A stretch of DNA of 64,000 bases, from assembly GCA_030674455.1 (NCBI GenBank), contig JAUSGQ010000015.1:5574-69573 (forward strand), written 5' to 3'. The stretch is from a bacterium (GTDB taxonomy: Bacteria > Patescibacteriota > Minisyncoccia > Phycocordibacterales > UBA2100). Shown here one piece after another: positions 36,902 to 46,259 of this stretch. Made by a program: the position numbers and the translations under genes. The notes under the pieces were generated by a model. It saw only the letters and a program-made list of their open reading frames with translations, was not told where the DNA came from and did no database searches. Position 1 is the stretch's first letter. The number at the start of each line of letters is the position of its first letter.

Positions 36902-37468
36902 TCATAGTTTTAATAATGCGGAACGGATTTCTTTTGATTCCGCGGGAGGAAACTCATCCACAAACGACTCCAGAAATCCGCGCACAATCATTTTCTTCGC
37001 CTCTTTGCGGGAAAGTCCTCGAGTCGCGAGATAAAACAGTTCCTCCTCGCCGACTTTTCCCACCGTGGCGCCGTGTCCGGCCTTGACTTCATTTTCCAAG
37101 ACTTCGAGCCGCGGAATTGCACCCGCGCGCGCGCCCTGCGAAAGCAAAATTGCGTGTTCATTCAAATCCGCGTCCGCGTTTTTCGCTCCCTTCTTGATAA
37201 CGACGAGCCCTTCGTAGTTTGCAACAGCGTCTCCATCCAGCACGCCTTTGACGAGAGTTCGGGAAAAAGTGTTAGGTGCGTCGTGAATAACCTCGGTCTC
37301 CAATTTGAACATGCCCTTTTTCGCAAAGAAAATGCAAAGTACCTTGACCGACCCGCCGGGCGCATCCATTAGAATCCGTGCTTTTACATGGCGGTCGCCA
37401 CGGCCCAACCATACGATAGGAACAATTCTTTTTTCGTCGACTCCTACATGTACGTCAATAGTTTCCAT
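36902..37468 (-). CDS. sufD: SufD (short form)
   Basis: IPRLEVLENEVKAGHGATVG..LFYLATRGL. Confidence 0.88.
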   Translation of the reverse strand: METIDVHVGVDEKRIVPIVWLGRGDRHVKARILMDAPGGSVKVLCIFFAKKGMFKLETEVIHDAPNTFSRTLVKGVLDGDAVANYEGLVVIKKGAKNADADLNEHAILLSQGARAGAIPRLEVLENEVKAGHGATVGKVGEEELFYLATRGLSRKEAKKMIVRGFLESFVDEFPPAESKEIRSALLKL

Positions 37469-37474
37469 AGTTAT

Positions 37475-37640
37475 GTGCCAATCAACGAATGAATTCCAAT
37501 CTACAAATAACTGCGAATAAAATACGCTCACCGTCTACAGGTGCCGACCAATGACCGGTCGGCCATTTGTAGCCATTCGCCCGCCTGCGCCGAGGCTTCG
37601 GCGGGCAGGTAGTATTCGGATGATTTGTAGATTGGGACAT
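37475..37640 (-). repeat. Family D copy 6 (nested B and C)
   Basis: Read directly. Confidence 0.92.
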
Positions 37641-37647
37641 ACGATAT

Positions 37648-39060
37648 TCATCCAAGGGAGCCTTCCATTTCGAGCTGGATAAGCCGGTTCAATTCAACGG
37701 CATATTCGAGCGGAAGCGTTTTTATAACCGGCTCCATAAACCCTTGTACTACAAGGTTAATAGCCTCCTCTTCGGTAAGCCCGCGGCTCATTAGATAAAA
37801 CACCTGCTCTTCGGAAATTCTGCCGATTTTCGCCTCGTGTCCGATAGTCACGTCCTCTTCGTCGACAGTTATATACGGCACAGTATTGGAGACTGAAATG
37901 TTGTCGGGCATCAGAGCGTCGCACTGCACGTGCGAGGTGGCACCCTTCGCACCTTTCACGATTTTGAGCTGGCCTCGATATGTGGAGATGCCGCCGCCGA
38001 AACTGATGCTTTTTGAGATAACGGTTGAAGATGTCTGCGGAGCCAGATGAATGACTTTCGCGCCAGTGTCTTTGTGCTGACCGGGGCCCGCGACCGCGAT
38101 GTTCAGATGCTCGGCGCGCGCGCCGCGGCCTTGCAGAATCGAGCACGGATAGAGCATTGTCGTCTTGCTTCCCATGCTCCCTCCAACCCATTCTTGAATC
38201 CCATCTTCTTCCACAATTGAGCGCTTCGTATTCAGGTTGTAAACATCCTTGCTCCAATTCTGAATCGTCGTGTATCGGCATCGCGCTCCCTTTTTTACGA
38301 AAATCTCTACAACCGCCGCATGAAGCGACGAAGTATTGTACATTGGCGCAGTGCATCCTTCTATGTACTGTACCGAGGCACCCTCATCGACAATTATTAA
38401 CGTGTGTTCAAATTGGCCAGACGCACGCGCGTTCATGCGGAAATATGTTTGGAGAGGCATGTCTACATGCACGCCATTCGGCACATACAAGAAACTCCCG
38501 CCCGACCACACGGCCCCATGGAGAGCCGCAAGCTTGTGCTCGCTGGTCTTCACGCACTTCGTCATAAAATATTCTTTTACCAATTCGGGATATTTCTGGA
38601 CCGCAGTATCAGTGTCGCAAAAGATAACGCCTTTATCTTCCCATTTCGGGCGCAACTTTTGATAGAAGCCTTCGGATTCGTACTGGCCGATGACGCCGGC
38701 GAGAAAAGCGCGCTCGGCTTGAGGTACGCCGATTTTTTCAAACGTATTTTTAATATCGGCTGGCACATCATCCCAGCTTTTGTATCTCCCTTCTTCAGTA
38801 CGTTGGTAGTATGTAATCTCATCGAAATGGAGACCGCTCAAATCCGGCCCCCATGTGGGAACCGGCAGGCGCATAAATTCCTCGAATGACTTGAGCCGCA
38901 ATTCCCGCATCCACGCCGGCTCATTTTTGATTGTTGAAATTTCCTCAACAACCTCGCGCGTAATCCCCTTTTTAGCGCGATAGAGGAAGCGATCCGGAAT
39001 GGCTGTTGCTCCGCCGTCTTTTGTTTGTTCTCCGATAGGTGCTTGGGTTTGGGTCTTCAT
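37648..39060 (-). CDS. sufB: Fe-S assembly protein SufB
   Basis: WSGGSF, GQFEHTLI, EGCTAP, FYLMSRG, LPLEYAVELN. Confidence 0.96.
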   Translation of the reverse strand: MKTQTQAPIGEQTKDGGATAIPDRFLYRAKKGITREVVEEISTIKNEPAWMRELRLKSFEEFMRLPVPTWGPDLSGLHFDEITYYQRTEEGRYKSWDDVPADIKNTFEKIGVPQAERAFLAGVIGQYESEGFYQKLRPKWEDKGVIFCDTDTAVQKYPELVKEYFMTKCVKTSEHKLAALHGAVWSGGSFLYVPNGVHVDMPLQTYFRMNARASGQFEHTLIIVDEGASVQYIEGCTAPMYNTSSLHAAVVEIFVKKGARCRYTTIQNWSKDVYNLNTKRSIVEEDGIQEWVGGSMGSKTTMLYPCSILQGRGARAEHLNIAVAGPGQHKDTGAKVIHLAPQTSSTVISKSISFGGGISTYRGQLKIVKGAKGATSHVQCDALMPDNISVSNTVPYITVDEEDVTIGHEAKIGRISEEQVFYLMSRGLTEEEAINLVVQGFMEPVIKTLPLEYAVELNRLIQLEMEGSLG

Positions 39061-39065
39061 AGCAT

Positions 39066-39172
39066 GTGCCAATTTACGAATGATGCGAATACTACAAATG
39101 GCTACAAATATAAGAAGCCTGGTATTCGTAGTTATTCGTAGATTGGAATAAATTTGTAGATTGGGACTTCAT
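39066..39172 (-). repeat. Family D copy 7, interior inverted relative to its termini
   Basis: Termini oriented like the other copies, internal arms reverse-complemented. Confidence 0.85.
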
Positions 39173-39179
39173 ATATTTT

Positions 39180-39926
39180 CTAGATGTAATCGCTATATCC
39201 ATTTTTCTCGATGTCTTTTGCGAGCGCCTGCGTGCCGGATTTAATAATCTTTCCTTTGTGCAAAATGTGCACTCTGTCGGCCTTTATCCACCGCAGTATG
39301 CGGTTGTAGTGCGTGATGATAATGATGGAGACGCCGCGCGCGCGAAGTTTCGTGATTTGTTTGGCAACAAGCTTTAGAGCGTCGATATCCAGCCCCGAAT
39401 CTATCTCGTCAATTATGACGCATTTGGCGGGCAAGAGTGACAACTGCAGAATTTCCATTTTCTTTTTTTCTCCTCCCGAAAACCCATCGTTTAGGGAGCG
39501 CGAGAGAAACTCGTCCTGTATGTGGAGAGCTTTCGCGGTCTCTTTTATATCGTTGCGAAAATGCGCCATTTTGAAATCCTTCCGTTTCACAGAAAATTTC
39601 CGTATAGCAATCGTGAGCAGATTCGTGACTGAAACTCCCGAGACTGCCTGAGGATGCTGGAGAGCGAGCAAGACGCCCGCGCGCGCGATTTCGTCGGTCT
39701 TCATCGAAGAAAGCTTGTTTTTGCCGAACGCTATTGTGCCTCTCGCTATCTTGCAGCTTGGATGCCGAAGTATTGTGTTGCCAAGCGTAGATTTGCCCGA
39801 GCCGTTCGGACCCATAATCACATGCGTCTTGCCCTGCGGCAAAATCAAATTGATGCCGTTCAAAATCGGCTTAGCTTCAAGCGTAACGTGCAGATTCTTG
39901 ATGGTGAGTGTGGACATAATGTTCAT
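39180..39926 (-). CDS. sufC: Fe-S assembly ATPase SufC
   Basis: MGPNGSGKST, GFSGGEKK, DEIDSGLD, ITHY. Confidence 0.96.
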   Translation of the reverse strand: MNIMSTLTIKNLHVTLEAKPILNGINLILPQGKTHVIMGPNGSGKSTLGNTILRHPSCKIARGTIAFGKNKLSSMKTDEIARAGVLLALQHPQAVSGVSVTNLLTIAIRKFSVKRKDFKMAHFRNDIKETAKALHIQDEFLSRSLNDGFSGGEKKKMEILQLSLLPAKCVIIDEIDSGLDIDALKLVAKQITKLRARGVSIIIITHYNRILRWIKADRVHILHKGKIIKSGTQALAKDIEKNGYSDYI

Positions 39927-40012
39927 TTGCCCGCCTAAACGGCTACGCATTATGGGGCTGGATTAGCTCTCGAGCAATAGCACGCGAGGGTCGGATATAA
40001 ACTCGACTTCTA

Positions 40013-40058
40013 GCATATTGCTGTAGCAAATGCGGCCGCATTTGCTACAGCAATATGC
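40013..40058. repeat. Perfect 46-bp orphan palindrome (family G)
   Basis: GCATATTGCTGTAGCAAATGCGGCCGCATTTGCTACAGCAATATGC. Confidence 0.9.
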
Positions 40059-40083
40059 AACTGGAATCATTTCTCCAAATTCG

Positions 40084-41373
40084 CTAAATAATAAATTTAA
40101 AGACGGGGCTGTCAGTCTTCAAAAGCTCATACGACATGCCGATAGCGTCCATTCGCTTCAGCAATGGCTTTAGGTCTTCTTTTTTCGCGAGTTCGATTCC
40201 CACGAGCGCCGGACCGCTTTCGCGATTATTCTTCTTCGTGTACTCAAAAAGAGTAATGTCATCCGTTGGCCCGAGTGCCTCGTTTAAGTATCGGCGAAGA
40301 GCGCCGGGCCTCTGGGAGAAATTTATGATGAAGTAATGTTTCAGCCCCTGGTGTACAAGGCTGCGTTCTATTATTTCGGGATATCGGCTGATGTCGTTGT
40401 TACCGCCGGAGAGAATACACACGACTGTTTTTCCCTTTCCGCCGGAGGCGGATCCTCCTCCGGAGGACAATTCTCCTTTAAGCTGTTCGAGCGCGGCAAT
40501 AGAAAGCGCGCCCGCCGGCTCCGCGACAATGCCATCGCGCTGGTAGAGAGAAATCATCGTCTCGCACACCTTGCCTTCCGGCACTAAAAGTAATTTATCA
40601 AGAACCTTCTTGCAGAGTTGAAACGTGAGATCGCCAACAGTTCGCACCGCCGCTCCGTCAACGAACGTGTCCAGTTTTTCGAGCGTTACAACCTTGCCTG
40701 CTTTCAGCGCTTTGTCCATTGAGGGCGCACCGGCAGGTTCCGCTCCGATTATTTTTACCGAAGGATTCTTCGATTTGAGATACGAGCCGATGCCCGCGCA
40801 CAATCCGCCGCCGCCGATTGGCACAACAACTGTATCAACTTTCTCGATGCCGGCAGCAGACAACTGTTCAATTATTTCCGCGCCCACCGTTCCTTGTCCG
40901 GCAATTACATACGGGTCGTTGAATGGGTGCACCAAAACCATTCCCTTCTTTTTCGACACACTCTGTGCTTCCGCAAACGATTCATCGAACGTGTCGCCAT
41001 AAAGTTCAATGGTGACGTATGAGCCGCCGAGGGTGCGCACGCGGTCAATCTTTTGCTTTGGGGTGTTCTGCGGCATGTAAATCACGCCTTGGGTTTTCAG
41101 GGCTTTGCAGCTAAATGCCACGCCCTGCGCATGATTTCCGGCGCTTGCGCACACGATGCCGCGCTTTTTCTCCGCCTCGGTGAGTAGGCGCATTCTGTTG
41201 TATGCCCCGCGCAGTTTGTATGAACGAACGACCTGCAAATCTTCCCGCTTCAAATAAATCTTCGCGCCATACCTTTCCGAAAGCGGTTTGTGCAATTGGA
41301 GAGGCGTTTCTTTCACCACATCGCGCAAATGTTCGCGCGCTTCTTCCACCATTTTTACATCAAATTGTTTCAT
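40084..41373 (-). CDS. ilvA: Threonine dehydratase, biosynthetic (short form)
   Basis: KREDLQVVRSYKLRGA, ASAGNHAQG, SGGNND, single regulatory domain. Confidence 0.95.
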   Translation of the reverse strand: MKQFDVKMVEEAREHLRDVVKETPLQLHKPLSERYGAKIYLKREDLQVVRSYKLRGAYNRMRLLTEAEKKRGIVCASAGNHAQGVAFSCKALKTQGVIYMPQNTPKQKIDRVRTLGGSYVTIELYGDTFDESFAEAQSVSKKKGMVLVHPFNDPYVIAGQGTVGAEIIEQLSAAGIEKVDTVVVPIGGGGLCAGIGSYLKSKNPSVKIIGAEPAGAPSMDKALKAGKVVTLEKLDTFVDGAAVRTVGDLTFQLCKKVLDKLLLVPEGKVCETMISLYQRDGIVAEPAGALSIAALEQLKGELSSGGGSASGGKGKTVVCILSGGNNDISRYPEIIERSLVHQGLKHYFIINFSQRPGALRRYLNEALGPTDDITLFEYTKKNNRESGPALVGIELAKKEDLKPLLKRMDAIGMSYELLKTDSPVFKFII

Positions 41374-41384
41374 ATGAATTGGAG

Positions 41385-41500
41385 TTTATCTGCGTTAATG
41401 TGCGTTAGTTCTGCGTAAATCTGCATGTATTTTGTATTTGCGTTAATCTGCGTTAGTTCTGCGTAAATTTGCGTGTATTTTTTATCTGCGTAAATCTGCG
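41385..41500. repeat. Tract of degenerate (A/T)TCTGCGT repeats
   Basis: About ten TGCGT-core units with a larger duplicated block. Confidence 0.75.
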
Positions 41501-41506
41501 AGGTCT

Positions 41507-41932
41507 TTAGCCGACAAGGCCGGTGTCGGCACCTGTAGACGGTTTGCGTGAATCTGCGACTCGTAGGGCGATGCACGAAACTTCTATGCGCGCATTCTTC
41601 GGCAGAGAAGATACGCCGACCGTAGCCCGCGCCGGTTTATGCTCGCCAAAAACAGCCGCATACACTTCGTTCATGTCTTTAAAATCATTCATGTCGCGAA
41701 GATACACATTGACGCTCGCGACCGAGGCAAAGCCAACGCCGGCGGCGCGAAGAACTTCTCCAAGATTCTTGAATATCTGCTCGGTTTGCTCCCTTATTCC
41801 TCCTTTTACGAATTCTCCTGTAGCCGGGTCAATTGCAATCTGCCCCGAGCAAAATATCGTATCCCCCGCCACAGTGGCCTGCGAATACGGACCGATTGCC
41901 TTGGGTGCCTTCTCTGTCTGAACTGTGTGCAT
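41507..41932 (-). CDS. ridA: RidA (YjgF/UK114) imine deaminase with a repeat-derived C-terminal tail
   Basis: APKAIGPYSQA, CSGQI, KPARATV..LPK. Confidence 0.92.
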   Translation of the reverse strand: MHTVQTEKAPKAIGPYSQATVAGDTIFCSGQIAIDPATGEFVKGGIREQTEQIFKNLGEVLRAAGVGFASVASVNVYLRDMNDFKDMNEVYAAVFGEHKPARATVGVSSLPKNARIEVSCIALRVADSRKPSTGADTGLVG

Positions 41933-41963
41933 AAAGATAGATTGTTACATCATTTTTAATATT

Positions 41964-41992
41964 AAACCAGCCTCCCGATGGGAGGCTGGTTT
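41964..41992 (-). terminator. Attenuator terminator hairpin upstream of ridA-ilvA
   Basis: 13-bp stem AAACCAGCCTCCC/GGGAGGCTGGTTT. Confidence 0.8.
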
Positions 41993-42024
41993 GCTGGTCT
42001 TTGTTTGGAACAACGGCGTGCAAA

Positions 42025-42087
42025 TCAAACCCCCATCGTGGGTCGAATGATAATGCGAATCGCTATGGCCGTTGCCGCTCCTTTCAT
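42025..42087 (-). CDS. Ile-rich leader peptide MKGAATAIAIRIIIRPTMGV
   Basis: 5 Ile codons in 20; promoter TTGACA-17-TAAGAT (42095-42123) 7 nt upstream; 3' end complementary to the terminator arm. Confidence 0.8.
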   Translation of the reverse strand: MKGAATAIAIRIIIRPTMGV

Positions 42088-42130
42088 GCGTTTAATCTTA
42101 ACCATTAAGTGACAGTCTGTCAATACCTGG

Positions 42131-42781
42131 CTATAGGTTAGACTTTCTCGCCCAATTAACAAACAACTTCACTTTCTCCAAATCTTTTGTTCCATCCGCA
42201 TTTGATACTCCAGAATTTACATCGACGCCGTATGGGCGGACTTTTTCCACCGCATCGGCTACGTTATCGGGATTCAAGCCGCCGGCCAAAATTATCGGAA
42301 GCTTGATTGATTCCACAATTCTTTTGCTGATGTTCCAATCGTGAGTCTTCCCCGTTCCACCCTTCTGCCCATTCTCCTTAATTCCAGAGTCAAGAACGAG
42401 CCCGTCTGCCGCACCCTCATAGCTCTTCGCTTCCTCAATCGCGCTTTCGTCGTACACATTGACCACTTTAAATAATTTGATGTTCGGAAGTACTGATTTG
42501 ATTTTGTGCATTCCATCTACGTCTGCATGCGTTTGAACGGCTTTGACCCCCGTTTTTTTAACAAGCCCAATAAGTTCTTCCGGGTCAGTAACCGATGTCA
42601 CCAAAACCGGCGTAGAATCTTTCGGCAATTGCGAAATAATGTCGGCTGCTTTCTCGATGGTGATAGGATTCCTCGCGTGCTTGAGCTCGATGTGAAAACC
42701 GAGCATATCTGCTCCGCGCGCGAGCACCGCACGAGCAGTTTCGATATCCATGATTCCGCAGATTTTCACGAGAGCATTCAT
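42131..42781 (-). CDS. trpF: Phosphoribosylanthranilate isomerase
   Basis: VKICGI, GGTGKTHDW, ILAGGLNPDNV, GVDVNSGV. Confidence 0.95.
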   Translation of the reverse strand: MNALVKICGIMDIETARAVLARGADMLGFHIELKHARNPITIEKAADIISQLPKDSTPVLVTSVTDPEELIGLVKKTGVKAVQTHADVDGMHKIKSVLPNIKLFKVVNVYDESAIEEAKSYEGAADGLVLDSGIKENGQKGGTGKTHDWNISKRIVESIKLPIILAGGLNPDNVADAVEKVRPYGVDVNSGVSNADGTKDLEKVKLFVNWARKSNL

Positions 42782-42884
42782 ACCAATATACAAATGTATT
42801 CCAATCTACAAATAACTACAAATGTAAAGCAATGTAATATTTGTAGCCATTCGTAGTATTCGTATCATTTGCAGATTGGGACAT
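42781..42884 (-). repeat. Family D copy 8
   Basis: Between divergent trpF/trpC; oriented toward trpF. Confidence 0.9.
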
Positions 42885-42927
42885 GGTACTTAGAAGACTC
42901 TTAAAATCATAGATGTATAATGACACG

Positions 42928-43710
42928 GTGAGCATACTAGACGAAATAGTGAACAACAAGAAAATCGAGGTCGAGGCCTTAAAGGCTGTTCGGCCGCTTG
43001 AAATTTTGCAAGAAGAGGCCGCCGAGGTAACTATCAAAAAGCGTCCGTTTCGCGAACTTTTTAAGAAGGGCCCCGTATTGATTGCCGAGATTAAGCCCCA
43101 CTCTCCTTCCATGGGAGAAATCATGGATGAGTCTCCGCTTGAAATGGCAGACCTCTACTCAAAAAGCGATGCCGATGTGATCTCTGTTCTCACCGATTCC
43201 GAATATTTCGGTGGCAGCAACGAACTGCTTCGGGATGTTCGCGGGCGCGTCCCACAAGCAATCCTGCGCAAAGATTTCATTATCGACGAATATCAGGTCT
43301 ACGAAACGCTCCTTCTACCGGCTGACGCATTCTTATTGATTGCATCCATTCTGACAGAGAGCGAACTCGCGAATTTGCTTAAGCTCGGGAGCAAACTAGG
43401 CCTTGATGCGCTCGTTGAGGTTCACGACGAGGAAGACATCGAAAAAGCGCTCCGCGCGGGAGCAAAAATCATGGGAATAAATAATCGCGACTTAAAGACT
43501 TTCAAAACCGACATTGCCGTTACTGAAAAACTAATGGCAAAAATTCCCAAAGGAACCTTCGTCGTGAGCGAATCAGGAATTGGGTCTGCAGACGACGTAA
43601 AAAAGGTGCGCCGAAGCGGCATTAGCGGTATTCTGGTAGGTACATCGGTTCTGCAAGCCACTGACCCAATTGCAAAAATAAATGAATTGAAACAGGCACT
43701 AAACTCATGA
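42928..43710 (+). CDS. trpC: Indole-3-glycerol phosphate synthase
   Basis: IAEIKPHSPS, LRKDFII, GINNRDL, VSESGI; GTG start 6 nt after TATAAT. Confidence 0.95.
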   Translation: MSILDEIVNNKKIEVEALKAVRPLEILQEEAAEVTIKKRPFRELFKKGPVLIAEIKPHSPSMGEIMDESPLEMADLYSKSDADVISVLTDSEYFGGSNELLRDVRGRVPQAILRKDFIIDEYQVYETLLLPADAFLLIASILTESELANLLKLGSKLGLDALVEVHDEEDIEKALRAGAKIMGINNRDLKTFKTDIAVTEKLMAKIPKGTFVVSESGIGSADDVKKVRRSGISGILVGTSVLQATDPIAKINELKQALNS

Positions 43711-44933
43711 ATAAAGAAATTAAATACGGCGGTGCATACGTTCCTGAAATGTTATGGGATACGTTGAGGAAGCTCACCGAAGAATTTGAGCGCGCAAAAA
43801 AAGACGAAGCGTTTCAAAGCGAATTCCAAGACCTTCTTCGCAATTTCTCCGGCCGTCCGACGCCGCTCATTTTCGCCGCGCGTGCGACAGCCGACCTCGG
43901 CGGACTGACCGGCCAGGGCGCAAAAGTCTATCTCAAAAATGAGGGCGCAAATCACACGGGCGCGCACAAAATAACGCACTGCCTCGGGCAAGGGCTTCTT
44001 GCAAAACGCCTCGGGAAATCGATGCTCATTGCCGAAACTGGCGCAGGCCAACATGGCGTTGCCACCGCCACTGCGGCCGCCAAATTAGGGCTTGAATGCG
44101 TCGTTTTTATGGGCAGCCATGACATCAAGCGGCAACGCCCCAACGTGTTCCTTATGGAGCGCTTGGGCGCAAAAGTCGTACCCGTGGAATACGGAAGCAA
44201 AACGCTCAAAGATGCCGTGAATGAGGCGCTCAAATTCTGGATGGAACATTTAGACGAAGCGCACTACTGTATCGGCTCGGTCTTGGGGCCGGCGCCCTAC
44301 CCCGAGATGAACCGATACTTCCAGTCTGTCATCGGGCGGGAGATTCGCGCGGAGCTTTCAGAACGAGAAAATAAACTTCCAGACGCAATCGTCGCATGCG
44401 TCGGCGGAGGCTCAAATGCAATGGGAAGTTTTTATGATTTCATTCCCGAAAAGTCGGTGCGTCTTATCGGCGTCGAAGCCGGAGGAGTCGGAAAGAAAAT
44501 GGGAGAACATGCGTCGCGCAAAATTGCCGGAGAGCTCGGCATTTTCCAGGGTTACAAATCTCTTTTCTTGCAAACGGATGAGGGGCAAATCGCGCCCACA
44601 CATTCCATCTCTGCCGGTCTGGATTACCCGGGGGTCGGCCCCGAGCTTGCAGAGCTTTACACCAGTGGCCGTGTCGAGCTGACATATGCCACTGATGCGG
44701 AAGCGGTTTCTGCCGTGGATTATTTCGCCAAGCTTGAAGGCGTTATTTCCGCGCTTGAGAGCGCGCACGCGCTCGCGGAAGTGCGCAAAATCGCACCCAA
44801 AATGCCAAAGAATTCCATAGTGGTCGCAACTCTCTCCGGCCGCGGCGACAAAGACCTATTCAACTTCGCCCGCGCGTTCAAAGATGAAAGCTTCCGCGAA
44901 TTTTTGAAGGACGAGTACAATCGGTATGAGTAA
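43707..44933 (+). CDS. trpB: Tryptophan synthase beta chain
   Basis: HTGAHK, ETGAGQHG, GGGSNA, SAGLDYPG, SGRGDKD. Confidence 0.97.
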   Translation: MNKEIKYGGAYVPEMLWDTLRKLTEEFERAKKDEAFQSEFQDLLRNFSGRPTPLIFAARATADLGGLTGQGAKVYLKNEGANHTGAHKITHCLGQGLLAKRLGKSMLIAETGAGQHGVATATAAAKLGLECVVFMGSHDIKRQRPNVFLMERLGAKVVPVEYGSKTLKDAVNEALKFWMEHLDEAHYCIGSVLGPAPYPEMNRYFQSVIGREIRAELSERENKLPDAIVACVGGGSNAMGSFYDFIPEKSVRLIGVEAGGVGKKMGEHASRKIAGELGIFQGYKSLFLQTDEGQIAPTHSISAGLDYPGVGPELAELYTSGRVELTYATDAEAVSAVDYFAKLEGVISALESAHALAEVRKIAPKMPKNSIVVATLSGRGDKDLFNFARAFKDESFREFLKDEYNRYE

Positions 44934-44998
44934 TTACTCTGCGTCGCATCAAGGTGACTCCTTGCGTGCAAGGTGTCTCCTTGATGCATTTCACCACC

Positions 44999-45796
44999 AT
45001 GAATAACCTTGGAACACTACTTTCGGAATCTAGAGGCAAAAAACCTCTCTTCATGGCGCATATGATTGCCGGATACCCCACAATTGAGGATTCGGAAAAA
45101 GTGGCGGAAGCTCTTGTAAAAGGCGGAGCGGATATTATTGAACTGCAAATTCCTTTTTCCGACCCCATGGCCGATGGTCCGGCAATCGCGGTTGCGAGCG
45201 AAGAAGCAATAAAGGCAGGCGCGACGGTTGCAAAATCTCTTTCCCTTCTGAAAAAGGTGGCGGCTCTTGGAAAGCCGGTTGCAGTGATGACATACGTAAA
45301 TATTCCTTTCAGATACGGAATTCCCAAATTCGTAAAATCTATTGCGGATGCGGGCGCAAGCGCCCTAATAGTCCCGGACTGCCCGTTCGATACTCAAGAA
45401 GGTCAGACCTTCTTCGACAGTTGCAAAGAATGTGGCGTGTATTTTGTTCCCGTCGTTTCGCCCGGTGTGCCAAAGGAACGGCTGGAACAACTAGCATCCG
45501 CCGGAGGCGGATCCTCCTCTGGAGGAAAAGATTCAAGAGGATTCGTCTATTGCACCTCGCGCCAAGGAATCACGGGAGCAAACAGCAAATTCGCGAAAGA
45601 ACTGTTTGATTTCGTGAAAGAATTGAAACAAATTTTCAAGCTCCCCATAGCCGTCGGCTTCGGCGTTAAATCAAAGGAAGATGTCGCCGAGCTGGCACAA
45701 GTAGCCGATATAGTCATCGCCGGCAGTGTTTTTGTGAATGCAATTAAGAATTCCGGCATTGGACATGTTGAACCTCTGGTGCGAACGCTGATGTAA
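44999..45796 (+). CDS. trpA: Tryptophan synthase alpha chain
   Basis: IELQIPFSDPMADGP, GITG, VGFGV. Confidence 0.96.
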   Translation: MNNLGTLLSESRGKKPLFMAHMIAGYPTIEDSEKVAEALVKGGADIIELQIPFSDPMADGPAIAVASEEAIKAGATVAKSLSLLKKVAALGKPVAVMTYVNIPFRYGIPKFVKSIADAGASALIVPDCPFDTQEGQTFFDSCKECGVYFVPVVSPGVPKERLEQLASAGGGSSSGGKDSRGFVYCTSRQGITGANSKFAKELFDFVKELKQIFKLPIAVGFGVKSKEDVAELAQVADIVIAGSVFVNAIKNSGIGHVEPLVRTLM

Positions 45797-45872
45797 CGGA
45801 ACACCCAATATAGAATGAACTAGCATCATATTTGTCGAAATTTGTACCCCATTTTTATTTTCCCGTAAGTGA

Positions 45873-46259
45873 TTAGGATTGTCCAACATTATCAAACCCT
45901 TGTAAGGGCTCATTATGCTCCCAATCATCTGTAAAACGTGTTTTTATTAGATCCCCCCATTTAGATACTTTTACTAACAATTCCATTGCATCTCGTACAG
46001 ATTCCGAGGTTGTCGTTCCAGCATGCAGCGAATCCGCATGCGCAAATCCCACAGCTCGAGGGAAGTTAGGGTGCGTGTCTAGATATTTCGCGAAGTTAGC
46101 TGCATATCTTGCAACTTCTCTTTTATGAGCGTCCATACAATTATCCAAATATTCGTGCCAAATTTGCTGATTTTTAACCTCGAAAGATGGCAGAGCCGCG
46201 CGCCAATTTTTTAGAACTTCCGTGCCCTGACGGTTGAGATGCTTATCCATTTTGGGCAC
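45873..46259 (-). CDS. Hypothetical protein overlapping the aroC end
   Basis: 128-aa ORF, no recognised motif. Confidence 0.45.
   Translation of the reverse strand: MPKMDKHLNRQGTEVLKNWRAALPSFEVKNQQIWHEYLDNCMDAHKREVARYAANFAKYLDTHPNFPRAVGFAHADSLHAGTTTSESVRDAMELLVKVSKWGDLIKTRFTDDWEHNEPLQGFDNVGQS

Noticed and set aside
41370-41576. 68-aa ORF with TQIYAEL repeats
   Set aside because: It is a translation of the TCTGCGT tract and a family B unit.
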